Source: Mytilus trossulus
Taxonomy: Eukaryota
Length of the DNA: 64,000 bases
Reading direction: 5' to 3'
Assembly: GCF_036588685.1 (NCBI RefSeq)
Contig: NC_086375.1
Location: 40,238,001-40,302,000 of the forward strand
Position 1 is the stretch's first letter. Every line of letters starts with the position of its first letter. Below are positions 1-12,300 of the stretch, piece after piece. Made by a program: the position numbers and the translations under genes. The notes under the pieces are model-generated. The model saw only the letters and a program-made list of their open reading frames with translations. It did no database searches and was not told where the DNA came from.

Positions 1-394
1 CAGATCGGTACAAATTATAAACCAACAAACTAAATCACTTAAAAAACAAGGTTCAGTTTTGAAAAATCTTATACTCGTAGTTACTGTAAGCTAGATCGAA
101 TCTAATAAGATCTTTTAAAAACCAAGAATCAAACAGAACCGGACAGCATCCAATAGAACATGAAGAATTACAATGTTAACGTTTTTAAACAGTCGAAGGC
201 CAAAAATAACATTTTGCAATGCCAAAAAAAAAACTTTGATACTAATCTTATTTAAAGGATCAACAAGTTTACCCGATGATCGTATTCAAATTTATGACCT
301 TAGTAATCAAAATCATTGTAGGAATAATGATAAAATAATCTTTTTATCTAAAAATGCCCAGAAATGCAGATTTGTATATAAAAAGTAGTTTTAG

Positions 395-1637
395 TAACTT
401 GAGCAAAGATCTTTTAGAGTACATACAATCTAACTCTCTTTCATCTTGTAACAGTATTAAAACATTTGAATTTTCTACTCTTTACACAAGTATTCCACAT
501 TCCAAAGTAAAAGACAAATTGAAAGAATTGGTATTACTTTGCTTCATAAAAAAGAATGGCTACGTAAATACAAGTATCTTGTCTTAGGGAGGGATAAATA
601 CTACTTTGTAAAGAATCACTCTAATTCAAACAAAAAATTCTCTGAAACCGATATTATCAAGATGCTTGATTGATTGATTGACAACATATGTGTTACGTTC
701 GGAGGACGTGTTTTTCAACAGACCGTCGGCATCCCAATGGGAACAAACTGTGCCCCTATACTTGCCGACTTGTTTCTTTATTATAATGAGGCTAACTTCA
801 TGCAGGAACTTCTTAGGAAGAAAGATAAGAAGTTAGCAATATCCTTTAACTCTACTTTCCGCTATAAAGATGACGTTCTTTCACTAAACAATTCAAAATT
901 TGGTGACTATGTAGAATGCATCTATCCCATCGAATTGGAGATAAAGAATACTATAGATACAGTTAAGTCGGCTTCATATCTTGACTTACATCTAGAAATT
1001 GACAATGAGGGTCGGTTGAAAACAAAACTTTACGACAAAAGAGATGATTTCAGCTTTCCAGTTGTGAACTTTCCATTTCTAAGTAGCAATATTCCAGCAG
1101 CACCTGCATACGGGGTATATATCTCCCAATTGATACGATATTCCCGTGCTTGCATTTCCTATCATGATTTTCTTGATAGAGGGTTACTGCTCACAAGGAA
1201 GCTATTAAACCAAGAGTTCCAAATGGTGAAGTTGAAATCATCCCTTCGTTAATTTTACGGACGCCATCACGAGATGGTTGACCGTTATGGAATAACCGTT
1301 TCACAAATGATATCGGATATGTTCCTTACGTCGTTACTATAATCCCCTTTTCTTTCATGAATGTGACCTACCGAATTAGACTATTTACCGGATTTGTAAT
1401 AACATAAGCAACACGACGGGTGCCACATGTGGAGCAAGATCTGCTTACCCTACCGGAGCACCTGAGATCAGCCCTAGTTTTTGGTGGGGTTTGTGTTGTG
1501 TATTCTTTAGTTTTCTATGTTGAGTCATGTGTACTATTGTTCCTTTGTTTATAATTTTCATTTTTTGCCATGGCGTTGTCAGTTTGTTTTAGATTTATGA
1601 TTTTGACTGTCCCTTTGGTATCTTTCGTCCCTCTTTT
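395..1637 (+). mobile_element. Penelope-like retroelement, 5'-truncated, decayed reverse transcriptase plus 3' tail
   Basis: ORFs 354-587 (TFEFSTLYT) and 674-1252 (GIPMGTNCAP, RYKDD at the YxDD site, YLDL, KLYDKRDDF) are successive PLE-type RT motifs broken by a frameshift and stops. The 3' tail ending ...ggtatctttcgtccctctttt recurs elsewhere in the window. Confidence 0.85.
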
Positions 1638-3396
1638 ATAGATGTAATATACATGTATTTTAATGTGTGTTTTACAGTCTTCCATGACTCTTCTTAGGCC
1701 GTGTTTGCCAAACGCCGTGTACAGTAAACATGTTTACATTTGGTTTAATGTAATGTGCACTAGTTTCACATGCAATTTGTTCAAATCTATACACATTGTT
1801 TAGTTACCTGTACATAAGATATGTTCACATTTGTAAACTATATGTCATTTAAATGTTGTTTACGTAGAACCGAGTTCAAATTTACAAACAACTGTTCTAG
1901 CAGTTAGAGAACGACCTTGTGACTTAAAAAAGGGGGGGTGGATTTTTCTACAATCTGATAAAAAAAACATCGGGTCATACAGATGATTAGGGTGAACAAT
2001 TTTTTTGAATCCAAAGTTACCCCATTCACTATAGCGTTGAATATTAAATTGGTACCATCGAAAAACAATATATATATATAATTTTGCGCGAGAGAATTCG
2101 GACTCAGAACCCCCACCCCCACTTTTTTTTTAAAGTAAAGTGGTTACACCTTTAAGCAAGTCATTTTGGTTGATTTGCAGTAGTTTAAAGATGTCTTGAT
2201 TACGCATTAAAAACGTAGGCTGTATCAGCGTGCTTACAGACAAAAATAATGCGATATTTAAAAAAAAATCACTCCATTTCTATCTTTCCGTTTGTTTCAA
2301 ATAGTGTTTTTTTTATCCAAGGAGTATTTGGCAAAGGGGAGGGGTGATTTGTTTTTGTTTATTTCTAATTGTATTTTAACCGATCTGAGATACTACACAA
2401 ACAAAAAGTTAACCTCACTTTTTTCAGTATTGCATTTCTGAATGAATCGTTGTTTGAGTAAAGACCAGTGGCAAATATTTCTGTCAGTGTGTACGTCCTG
2501 TCAATTCGGAAAACTTTTTCATATGAATAATGTGTTCCGCAATGATGAATCGATGGATGAGTCTTGATAAGGGGTTAATTATGCTACGTAAAGTGTTTTT
2601 ATAACAAATAAATATATCAAATTAAGAGAAATATTTCTGTAAATAACTTTATTAATAAGTGTTATAAGTATCAAAGTTTATATGATATTAGTTTCTTTTT
2701 AAATACATGGGACAATCACAGTTCTAAATGCCTAGTTGTGTGTACATTGAACCTACACAAGGGCTACGTCGACTATCGACTGCATGTAGACAAAACATGA
2801 TGTAAACTACATGTAAACATTGAGTTTTATCAATGGGAACGTAATTATGTTTAGTCTATGTGTGAGTTACACTAACACAACACCGAGTTGTTGGTGTTGC
2901 TGTCGTTGTTGCATGAAAAAAAATTCAAAGTAATGGTCGGTTGCAAAACCCTTCACTGCAAAAACTACCACAAAGAAACAAACTACGCTCATTGAAATGA
3001 AATGTATACCCATCAATAGAGATACAAGCGCACAAGTCTGGTATTAAGAATACATTTAGATGTTGCCATATGTACATCATCGATCAAAACATAACTGTCA
3101 TATCTAAATTTAGGAAAAGATAGAGAAATTGTTTTTGGATTTTTTTTTAAGATTATGTGTGGTTAATTTCGGTTGTTTATTTAGAGAATATAGAGAACCG
3201 TAAGAGTGGTTAAAAGTTGGTTTTTTTTGTTTTTTTTTTAAATGAAATATCCTTCTTAACTACTAGCCTTAGGGTGTTTGTCCTTAATATTTAGATATAA
3301 TCCGACAGATCATACTAGGTAGTCAATATCAGTTAAAAACTCATCGTTTTTCGAAATTCAAAATACTTAAATGTTGTGTTCTTTCTTTACCTTAAG

Positions 3397-6300
3397 GTTA
3401 TACTACCATTTACTAGTCAAAACAATCAAACAGACGAGGCTTTGGAGAAATCGATCTGCTCATTTTGTAGAATTGGTACCCTTATTGCAGTTTTAGCTAT
3501 ACTCGTAACTGGACTTGGTCTTGGGGTTTATTTAGCGATTCGCAGAAACAACATTGAAGGTTTGTAGATTTTTATATGAATGCTCGTGTCCGGAATTCAT
3601 ACGCGCACTAGAACGAGTTTCCCTTATTGAAAATTAAGCGAACTTAATAATTGTTTTCATTTATATATAACAAGACGATGCGATGATATCAACTCATGTG
3701 CAATATGTGACAGTATGAAACTGTTGAAATAGCATTTAAGCAAACGGATTTGATTCCATACATACCAGATTTCCTGTTGATTTTTATTCTGTTAATGCAT
3801 CGTTAATATATCAGTTTTAAATTTAGAGTATACATTCGTGTGTGTTACACGGTAAAACAATCAATCATTATATTGAGCATTTGTTATAAATAGTCTTTGT
3901 TAAGTTCACATACATCTGTATGATTTACTAATAACGATTTAACACTTACCAAGGATACAAAAGATATATGATCATGACATGTGATTGCAAATTGAAATTT
4001 TAAAGTACAAAATGAACTTTTATGTGTGTTCAATTTCATTTCTTTTGTTTATACGATACTTAAGCATTTAACATGAAAGAGGGACGAAAATACCAAAGGG
4101 ACAGTCAAACTCATTAATCTAAAACAAACTGACAACGCCATGGCTAAAAATGAAAAAGACAAACAGAAAAAACAATAGTACATATGACACAACATAGAAA
4201 ACTAAAGAATAGACAACACGAACCCCACCAAAAACTAGGGGTGATCTCAGGTGCTCCGGAAGGGTAAGCAAATCCTGCCCGACATGTTGCACCCGTCGTG
4301 TTGTTTATGTGATTATGGAACTTGCAGAACGTTGATAAAAAACCACATGTTATGCATTCATACATTTGGTATTAGAGACGTATTTTGCCAAATTTACCGC
4401 GCTTCTAGGAACATTGGATAGTGAAGAAATTTCACAAAAACCATAGGATCTTTGTTAGACATACAGACAGATAGTAATGCATTTTTTGTTATTATTTGTA
4501 AACCTATTTAACAGTATCAAACAGTTATTTTAATCTAAACATTCCTTTAAAAAGTAATCGATTAAATTACAATTACTTTTCTTATTTTATATAACCGATT
4601 ATAAGTACTTATCAAATACACCTATATTAAAATTTAATCGATCACATTATAATACTTTTCTTTAAATTAATCATGATAACTTTCGATTACTGATGAATAA
4701 ATTGTAATTTGTTATATTAAAGAGAAATTGTATAAACTTTTTATCCTAACGCAAGACCTAATTTTATAGTAAAAAAATATATACCCTTAATTAATTCTTT
4801 TTATTTTAGAACTCAGATGGCAAGGATCAATTAAACACGTGTAAAATATGAAAACACAGACAATTGTCTATCTCTTAGTAAAAGACATTTCATTGTTAGT
4901 TCTAATTGTTTTGTTAATTTACCAAATAATCATAGAACTGAACAGGGAATAAAAAATCAAATAACTACAGTTGTTTTGTTTGTAGGAATATAATTGAAAC
5001 ATCCCTACGTTTTACAGGTGTTAATCACCACTTTTGTTTTACAAAAGATGAGCTTGTGTATTTAATTGTAATTGTTTTAACTGCAATATAAGCAAACAAT
5101 AAGCAGTTTGATTTTATTATTCATATGTATGTTTGTAATTTTTCAATACTTATATTGTTGGAAAGTACATAAATTGTATCAAAGTATTTATTGAAAACAA
5201 AATTTAAACAAATTGTAAAAAAAAAGTAAAAAGTGGTTCTGAATTCCTTTAAAAATTTTAAAGTTGGCTCATTATTTGTTATCTTAGAAATTGGATGATT
5301 ACTGAAATTATTGGATAAGATTTCAAAATTTAATCGATTAGATATGGACACAATTACTGATTACGATTACCTTAGCCTGGTCATGACCAGTCTTTCAGTC
5401 AATTATCAGACTTATCTAATCATGTAGAATCATTATTCATCAAACAATGCTGCAGTTTTACAGACAATTCAGTATGATGTAGAACAAGTAAATAACAACT
5501 ACTATAAAGTCGAAGCATCGACTGTAAATATCATACTTGACTGCAACTGCTAAGTATTCAAATTGAGTGAAAGACTTGAAATGACTTAACAATTTTGTGT
5601 GCAGTCTCATGAGGAGTTCTGATCGGAATGGTCGTTTCAAATTTAAAAAGAAATGGTTCTTCTTATATGTCTTTTCACACTTATCAAGATGACTTATAAA
5701 ACATATGTCTTAGCTTTTATTTAAAACATATACAGAATGTAAATAGAAAAAGGGAGATCCTTACAACACACAGAATATATGAAAAAGAAATGTCGTATCC
5801 ATGACTAGATACAACCATTTTCTTAAATAGAACAACGACACCAAAGCATTTGTTTAGAGTTAAGAGTATATACAGCCTGTACAGTATAGTAAAACACTAT
5901 TTCATGTAAATAGTCTAGATTATGTTTTAATTCACTAAAATATAAATATTAGTACTTTGTGACTTACATGTTAATATATAGATAGTTTTTACAGTGACTC
6001 TTATATTTTATATTCATCTCTTTTAATATTGAATAAGCATAAAGAATGACGCTAGTCCGAAAACATATACAGACATTTTAATGTCTGTGTATGTACATCT
6101 TTATCTCAATAGAAATAGTGTTGTCACCGAACTGTTATAACCAGAACGATACGAGCATAATGAGTAATGTGTTATTTGTAATTGGTTTTATATTGCAGAA
6201 GACAAACCTGATAATTCCATGTCAATGACAAGTACATCAATCATACCAATGCAAACGTCAACAAATATATCAGGTACGTTTGCAACAACAATACTCAGAA

Positions 6301-9300
6301 CGAAAACTTCTACAGATACCATTGCCAATCAGATTTCAAGGCTTACAGCACCGACAAGTAATGTACTACTGTTATTCTTAAAAATGTTGTGGTATTAGCA
6401 TCATCTGAGACGTATTGAAAATTAAAAGTTGATTTGTCTACAGTCTTCACTCAATTTTCAAACTTATCCTTTGCCGTGTATTTACGTGAGCAATATACCT
6501 CTCAAATGAGTCACAACAACAAAGATGTGTGTTTGAATTACACAATATGTGCCTGTACATTTTTTGTACTACTACAAATTTTAAAACTTTGAATGTATTT
6601 TTTTACTTATAAAATGGTCGGACACATCTTTCACCAACAACCTCATATTATTTTTTTTAAGTTGAAAAAAGACTTAACTTGTGGATCGGTTTTATACATA
6701 ACTCCATGTCATGGTCATCGTTATTATACATATCATACTCTTGATTATCTCTGTATAAATTACCCTCCTTTATACAAAAACTGTAATGTGTCCATCACAT
6801 CCCTTCAAAGTTTTTTTTACTACAGCAAATCAATATAAGCTATCAGGCAGGTATTGACAGTCTTAGATTATGCGGACCAGTTTACACGAAAAAGATATAA
6901 AATCAACTTTACAAAAACTGAAATTCACAACAATCTATATTAAATGAATCTTTATGAAATAAACTTCAGACTACTGCAACTGTGTAAAACACAATTGGCT
7001 TTATATTAAACAAAGCGACTTACGCTAACCTCGCATATTGTATATATCGTTAGCTGAACATCGACTTACTGTCTTATACATATGTATAGTCTAGATTAAA
7101 TATAAAACTCCCATTGCAATAGATGATATAAGTAGTTTCTAACTGTTTTATTAATTTAATCTTGTAACTTGAATGTAAATAATGACTCACAGTTTAGTTC
7201 TCCTTGGAATATAATTTTAATCATGCATACACTTCCATTTTAGATATAATATCATCCCAAACACCAAGTTCAACTATGCAACCTTACTGTGAGTACCTCA
7301 TTGCTTAATATATAATAATAAAAACACGCTATACAGAGCAGCAGAAGGTCATGAGAAAAAGTTTTAAGAGCGAAAACCATATAAAGCATGCCGTGTATTG
7401 TTATCGATTTTGTTCAATCTTTTTATTGTTTTTTTCATGTTTGATTTTTGTTGTTTTTGATTTATTTCATTCTGTTGCAAAATTCCCTTGGTAAAGTGTT
7501 GTCGCTTATGAAGAGGCGATGAATCAAACGGTTTTCAACGGTACAGTTTGAGTAAATTATTTGAAAGATTTATGGACGCTTTCAGGATTTGGTATACTGT
7601 TACATAATAACAGATGACCACTAAAATGTTCATGTTCAACTTGTCACCCTTTTCCTAATTGGTACTATTGATTGTAAATTTGATAGCGTTTAAACATTTA
7701 CTGCGATTACGAAAATGTAAGATGTAATCAGTCCGATTATTAACAGCATATTTCGATGATTAAATATAATTCTAAAAAACTTCTCAAAAGATAGTTAGTT
7801 AGTGTACATAAGAATAGAATATTCTGACAGAATGCGAACTATAATTGGTCCTTATCCTTTCTTCAGGTATCACAAACGTTAAGAGTAGTATGGTACATGT
7901 ACCTTAGTTCGCATCCTGAGTGTTATTTGATGTTGATTTTGTTACAAAGTCATGTGTCCATTGATTGGTTTTGTTTTATTTTTTCGTGAATGATAGATGT
8001 CTAAGTTGGTTTATTTGTATCTTGGTATACCAGTTTCAATTTCATTTACGTAATCTTTACATCTAATAAATTCATAACGGAGGATAACTGGATATTTTTG
8101 TATGCTCTGTTTCAATTGCCATGTATTATAGTCTTAAGAATAAATTTCTTTAATCAAATGAGGCGGACAATAATAAAAACAGGGCTTTATCATAAGTCGA
8201 CAAGAAACTGACAATACAATGTCAACAAAAACACAATAGGCGACGAAATAGCAACAAAAAACATAACTAAGCAACACGATACCCACAAAAAACTAGATGT
8301 CGTCATTCCCATTATATTCTCTGAAATTTGGATATTTCGTCTTTATCTAAAGTATTTCTTTTCTTGATTCTGTTCGATCGTTTTAAAAAAATTGAAGACA
8401 AATCCGACAATTCAATTTTTCTATTTCAAGAACTGGTCAAATTCATGATGCATTATAAATTGCTTTCAATGAGGGCAACCTTAAATTCAAATTTCTAAGA
8501 ATAATAGTTTGTCCATATTTAGAATGTTTTTAAATCGTAAATACTATCTTTTCTTCTTTTTCATAAAGGTTCGCCGACTGGTACAACGGTTTTAAAACTC
8601 AATCCTCATCAAATAGCTGATCTTGAAGATAACATACACTGGTATATGCATAGTTGCGAAGCCAACGTTGGTAATCCAGCAGGCAATCTAAGTATTGAAA
8701 TTATGAAGTCTGGAGAGATGGAATTCAGAAAATTGGACATAACAGCTGTAAGCACGGAAGACAAGAAAACATCATGCGAAATTCATAGAAAAATTAATTT
8801 TGGAATCGAATTTACATCTGATATGGAGAATGCAATCATTAGATGCAAATTAATTAATAAATTCTTCCCGGACTCTCCGAAATTTTATTCCAATAATGAA
8901 ACTGTTCTACTAATACCAGGTAAATATCGCTTTTGTCACTTAAGTTTAACTAAAACATTGTGAAGACCATCAAACTAAATCATTTCTTGAAGAACTCCTT
9001 TATGATATTTGAATAAAAAATATTTGCCGATTGATGCTAAAAGTATTAGAACGTTTCAACAACAATCTGAAACATCAGTTGGTAAAGACATCGATAGTTA
9101 AAAATAAAAACTATTGGTAAATGGTCGTCGCAAAAATAAAATAAAAAGCGTATATAATTATCATTACTAGTTTACCGACTTGTATTTCTGTCATACTTCC
9201 CAGAACGACTTTTTCCTTGTTTAGATTTTAAATCGTTTGATTACTGAATTCACTTCTTCTTTTGGTCTGAGTATAAAGGAGGGAAAACAGAAGGGTCTAA

Positions 9301-12300
9301 ATCATTTATTTGTTCATTTTAGACGGTGCGCTTCTAGACCCCTTGGCCAACTTAGGATGGTGAAAAACTTCCGGAAATTTTGAATCTTTATTCAAACATT
9401 TGTTTACATTTACTAATGCTACAGAAGTATAGCTCCTTAAGGTCACAATTCAAATAAGAAGATGTTGTATGAGGGTCACTGAGACAACTTTACATCTAAT
9501 TTACAATGAATAAAAAGTGAAGCACATGTAAAGGGTTTTTGAAAATCGAACAGTTGCTTCACAACAAAAACAAAACAAATGCAACCAAGTCAATTGGCCT
9601 TTAGAATAATTAGATATCTAGCCTTTTCAATAAGGAATGTTTACATATAATAGAATACATTGTAAATATCAGCTTTGAAAAGAATGTGTAAATAGCAGCT
9701 TTGATAACAATTAAACAAATATTCAATAAATATGATACTCCTTTATTATTTTTTTATCTTTGATACAATCACTTCATGTTACCTTTGAATTGTATGTGTC
9801 ATTAGTCGTCATTGACGGCTTTTCAAAATGTGTTTTAAAAACGTAATCGAGCTTGATAAGGTGTGCTGTTTTGAAAAATAGATGATTTAAATATCAGTTA
9901 AAGATCTATTGATTTATTGAAAGAGCTGAACTTCATCCACCTGTATTGTTGTGTGAAAATAAATGCATTGCAAGATGACGGATAATACTTTGTTTATATC
10001 TTAAATCTAAGCACAAGTGTTATTGTGTCAAAATGAAATCAGTCATAAATAATAAAGTTTACGATAAACGTAAAGGAAATGTAAATATCTTCGTTTTTTC
10101 GTGTTTTAAACTCGTCATAGAAACCAGGATTACAATTATGCTCGTCAAGAAAGTATTTCAAATGAAAGAAGAAAATATGTTCTAATCTCCCGGAAAAAGA
10201 TTAAACTTGCAGTAGGCTGTATTAGTCTAGACCCATGACGATCCTAGGTCAATAAATTTGTTCAAAATCAGTGCTTTTACAAAAACTACTTGTATGTTTT
10301 ATCTGACCATCTGGTTCAATCATTAAACAATTTACAGTAACGTATACATTTTCCAATCTTTTCTGACGATGCACTCTCGTCAATAAATGGAATTTCTAAT
10401 AATTATCGTTCAATGTTTTTCTAGAAACTATAAACTTCAAAGAAAAGATAAAAAGACCTATTACCGTTTTTCTATTTAAAGTTATCGTTCTTATAACTGT
10501 AGAAAAAATCATATGAAACTGAGAACTTAAATTAAAACGTTGTTGAATTCCGTCTATTTCAGTAAATTATAAAACAAAAAAACAAACACACAGCAGGACG
10601 ATGCTATCTGTATTACGTTTGCAAATTGGTTAAACTTATTTGAGCATTCGATTGGAATTGGGAAAAGGGATCCTAATTATATAAATACCAATACAATAAA
10701 GATAAAACGAGCGTAGAAATGCAACATTCATTCGGACGATTGATATATATTTCTTTTTCAATTAAAAATTGTGTACCACTTAAATTCACAATATTCTATG
10801 CATGCATATAACATGCGTATCAAAAATAGTTTAAGCATATGTAAAATTGTAAAAAAAAAATACTTTTATTTGAATAGGTTAAACAAAATTCGGCACGTTA
10901 AGTTTCAAGGCTCCGTGTTGAAGGCCGTACTTTAACCTATAATGGTTTACTTTTTAAATTGTTATTTGGATGGAGAGTTGTCTCATTGGCACTCACACCA
11001 CATCTTCATATATCGATATAGTTGTCTGTACTAGTAATTTTTTTGGTTTATGACTATTCATTTCTTTCAGGTGATGCATGCAAGGATAATACTGTCCCCC
11101 AAAGCAACCGTGTACATCCCACAAACTGTCATAGTTATATACGGTGCCAAAATAAGAAACCTTATGGACAGGACTGTCAGGAAAACTTTTGTTTTGGAAT
11201 ACATACAGTAGAAACATGCAAACATTGCGATGAAGTTACATGTCCGACACAAAGTAAGAAATAAATGAAATCGATTTTAAAATTTGGTGATGAATAAAAA
11301 AGTCCATTCTGTTATATTTCGTTGGTTTAGGTAATGTCTAATTTCATTTCATTGTGCACGTATATTTGCACACAGTTTTAATATGATTAAGTGATTAAGT
11401 ACACGAAAAACAATCCAAAAACATTTTGCTTAAAAGACGTAAAAGCTTAACAAAGTTCGATCATAGACATGGAATACAAACGTTCAACTACGTGTTAAAC
11501 ATGCATACTATACTAGTCAACAAAAGAAACGATACACGACTTTGAATAAAATTTATCAAAAAATATTAAATTTAAAACAAAATGAGAAACAATATTTAAA
11601 AAAGCTTTCATTTGCAATGTATGTACATGTAATAATGAAAATCAAAACTTGTCGGAAAGTATCTAAATTCCGTGTAAACGATCATAGGGTGTAAATAAGG
11701 TTTGTGGAAAGTTGAATAAAAAATCGACACAATATTGTCTAAGTACTAAAAAAAATCAAATTTGTTTAAAAATATTCAATATGCTCATCAAGTTATGGTC
11801 ATGTTGTAATACATGGGTTGAAATATTGTTTTTTTCTAATTTCTGGGAAAAAAAGTGTTTTTTGAAATCTCAAAATATGCACCAAAAAATTTTTTTATTT
11901 TCATTTCTAATCAACGCTTTAGATATGAAAACAACACACAGTAAATTTAGAACCTTTTTGATTAGTTTTAAGAGTGTTAACGCTTTTTGAATATCACTTT
12001 ACACATACTGTCTATGGTAAATCAGTTTGATAATGTATACATTTTAACGATTTCTTGTGGGGCCGAACTTTGCTTAACAAATAAAGGAAGAAACTGTATG
12101 ATTTTTTAAAACAAATTGATGGCAAACATTGTCTTTACCTTTAAATGAGAGGTTGGCACCATTAATTAGAATTTCTGTTTATAAAATGTTCGTTTTATGT
12201 AAATTTTGAAAAGAAAAAAAAAAAACGCAAAAAAACGCCACGAAAGCAAAAAAATATTTTTTTCAAACGGATTTATAATTGCATAATGATAAAGTATTAC

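Noticed and set aside
2523-2805. Candidate first exons for paralogue 1 (e.g. MPSCVYIEPTQG... from ~2728)
   Set aside because: No convincing phase-0 donor to join the TM exon and no real similarity to the tail of paralogues 2 and 3.
4810-4840. Possible micro-exon after ttattttag in the paralogue 1 TM-stalk intron
   Set aside because: Available donors give 29 or 31 nt, which break the frame, and there is no paralogous counterpart.
11067-11252. Cys-rich minus-strand ORFs (also 32469-32654, 63188-63373, 50908-51147, 49204-49639)
   Set aside because: Antisense shadows of the real CBD and Ig exons.
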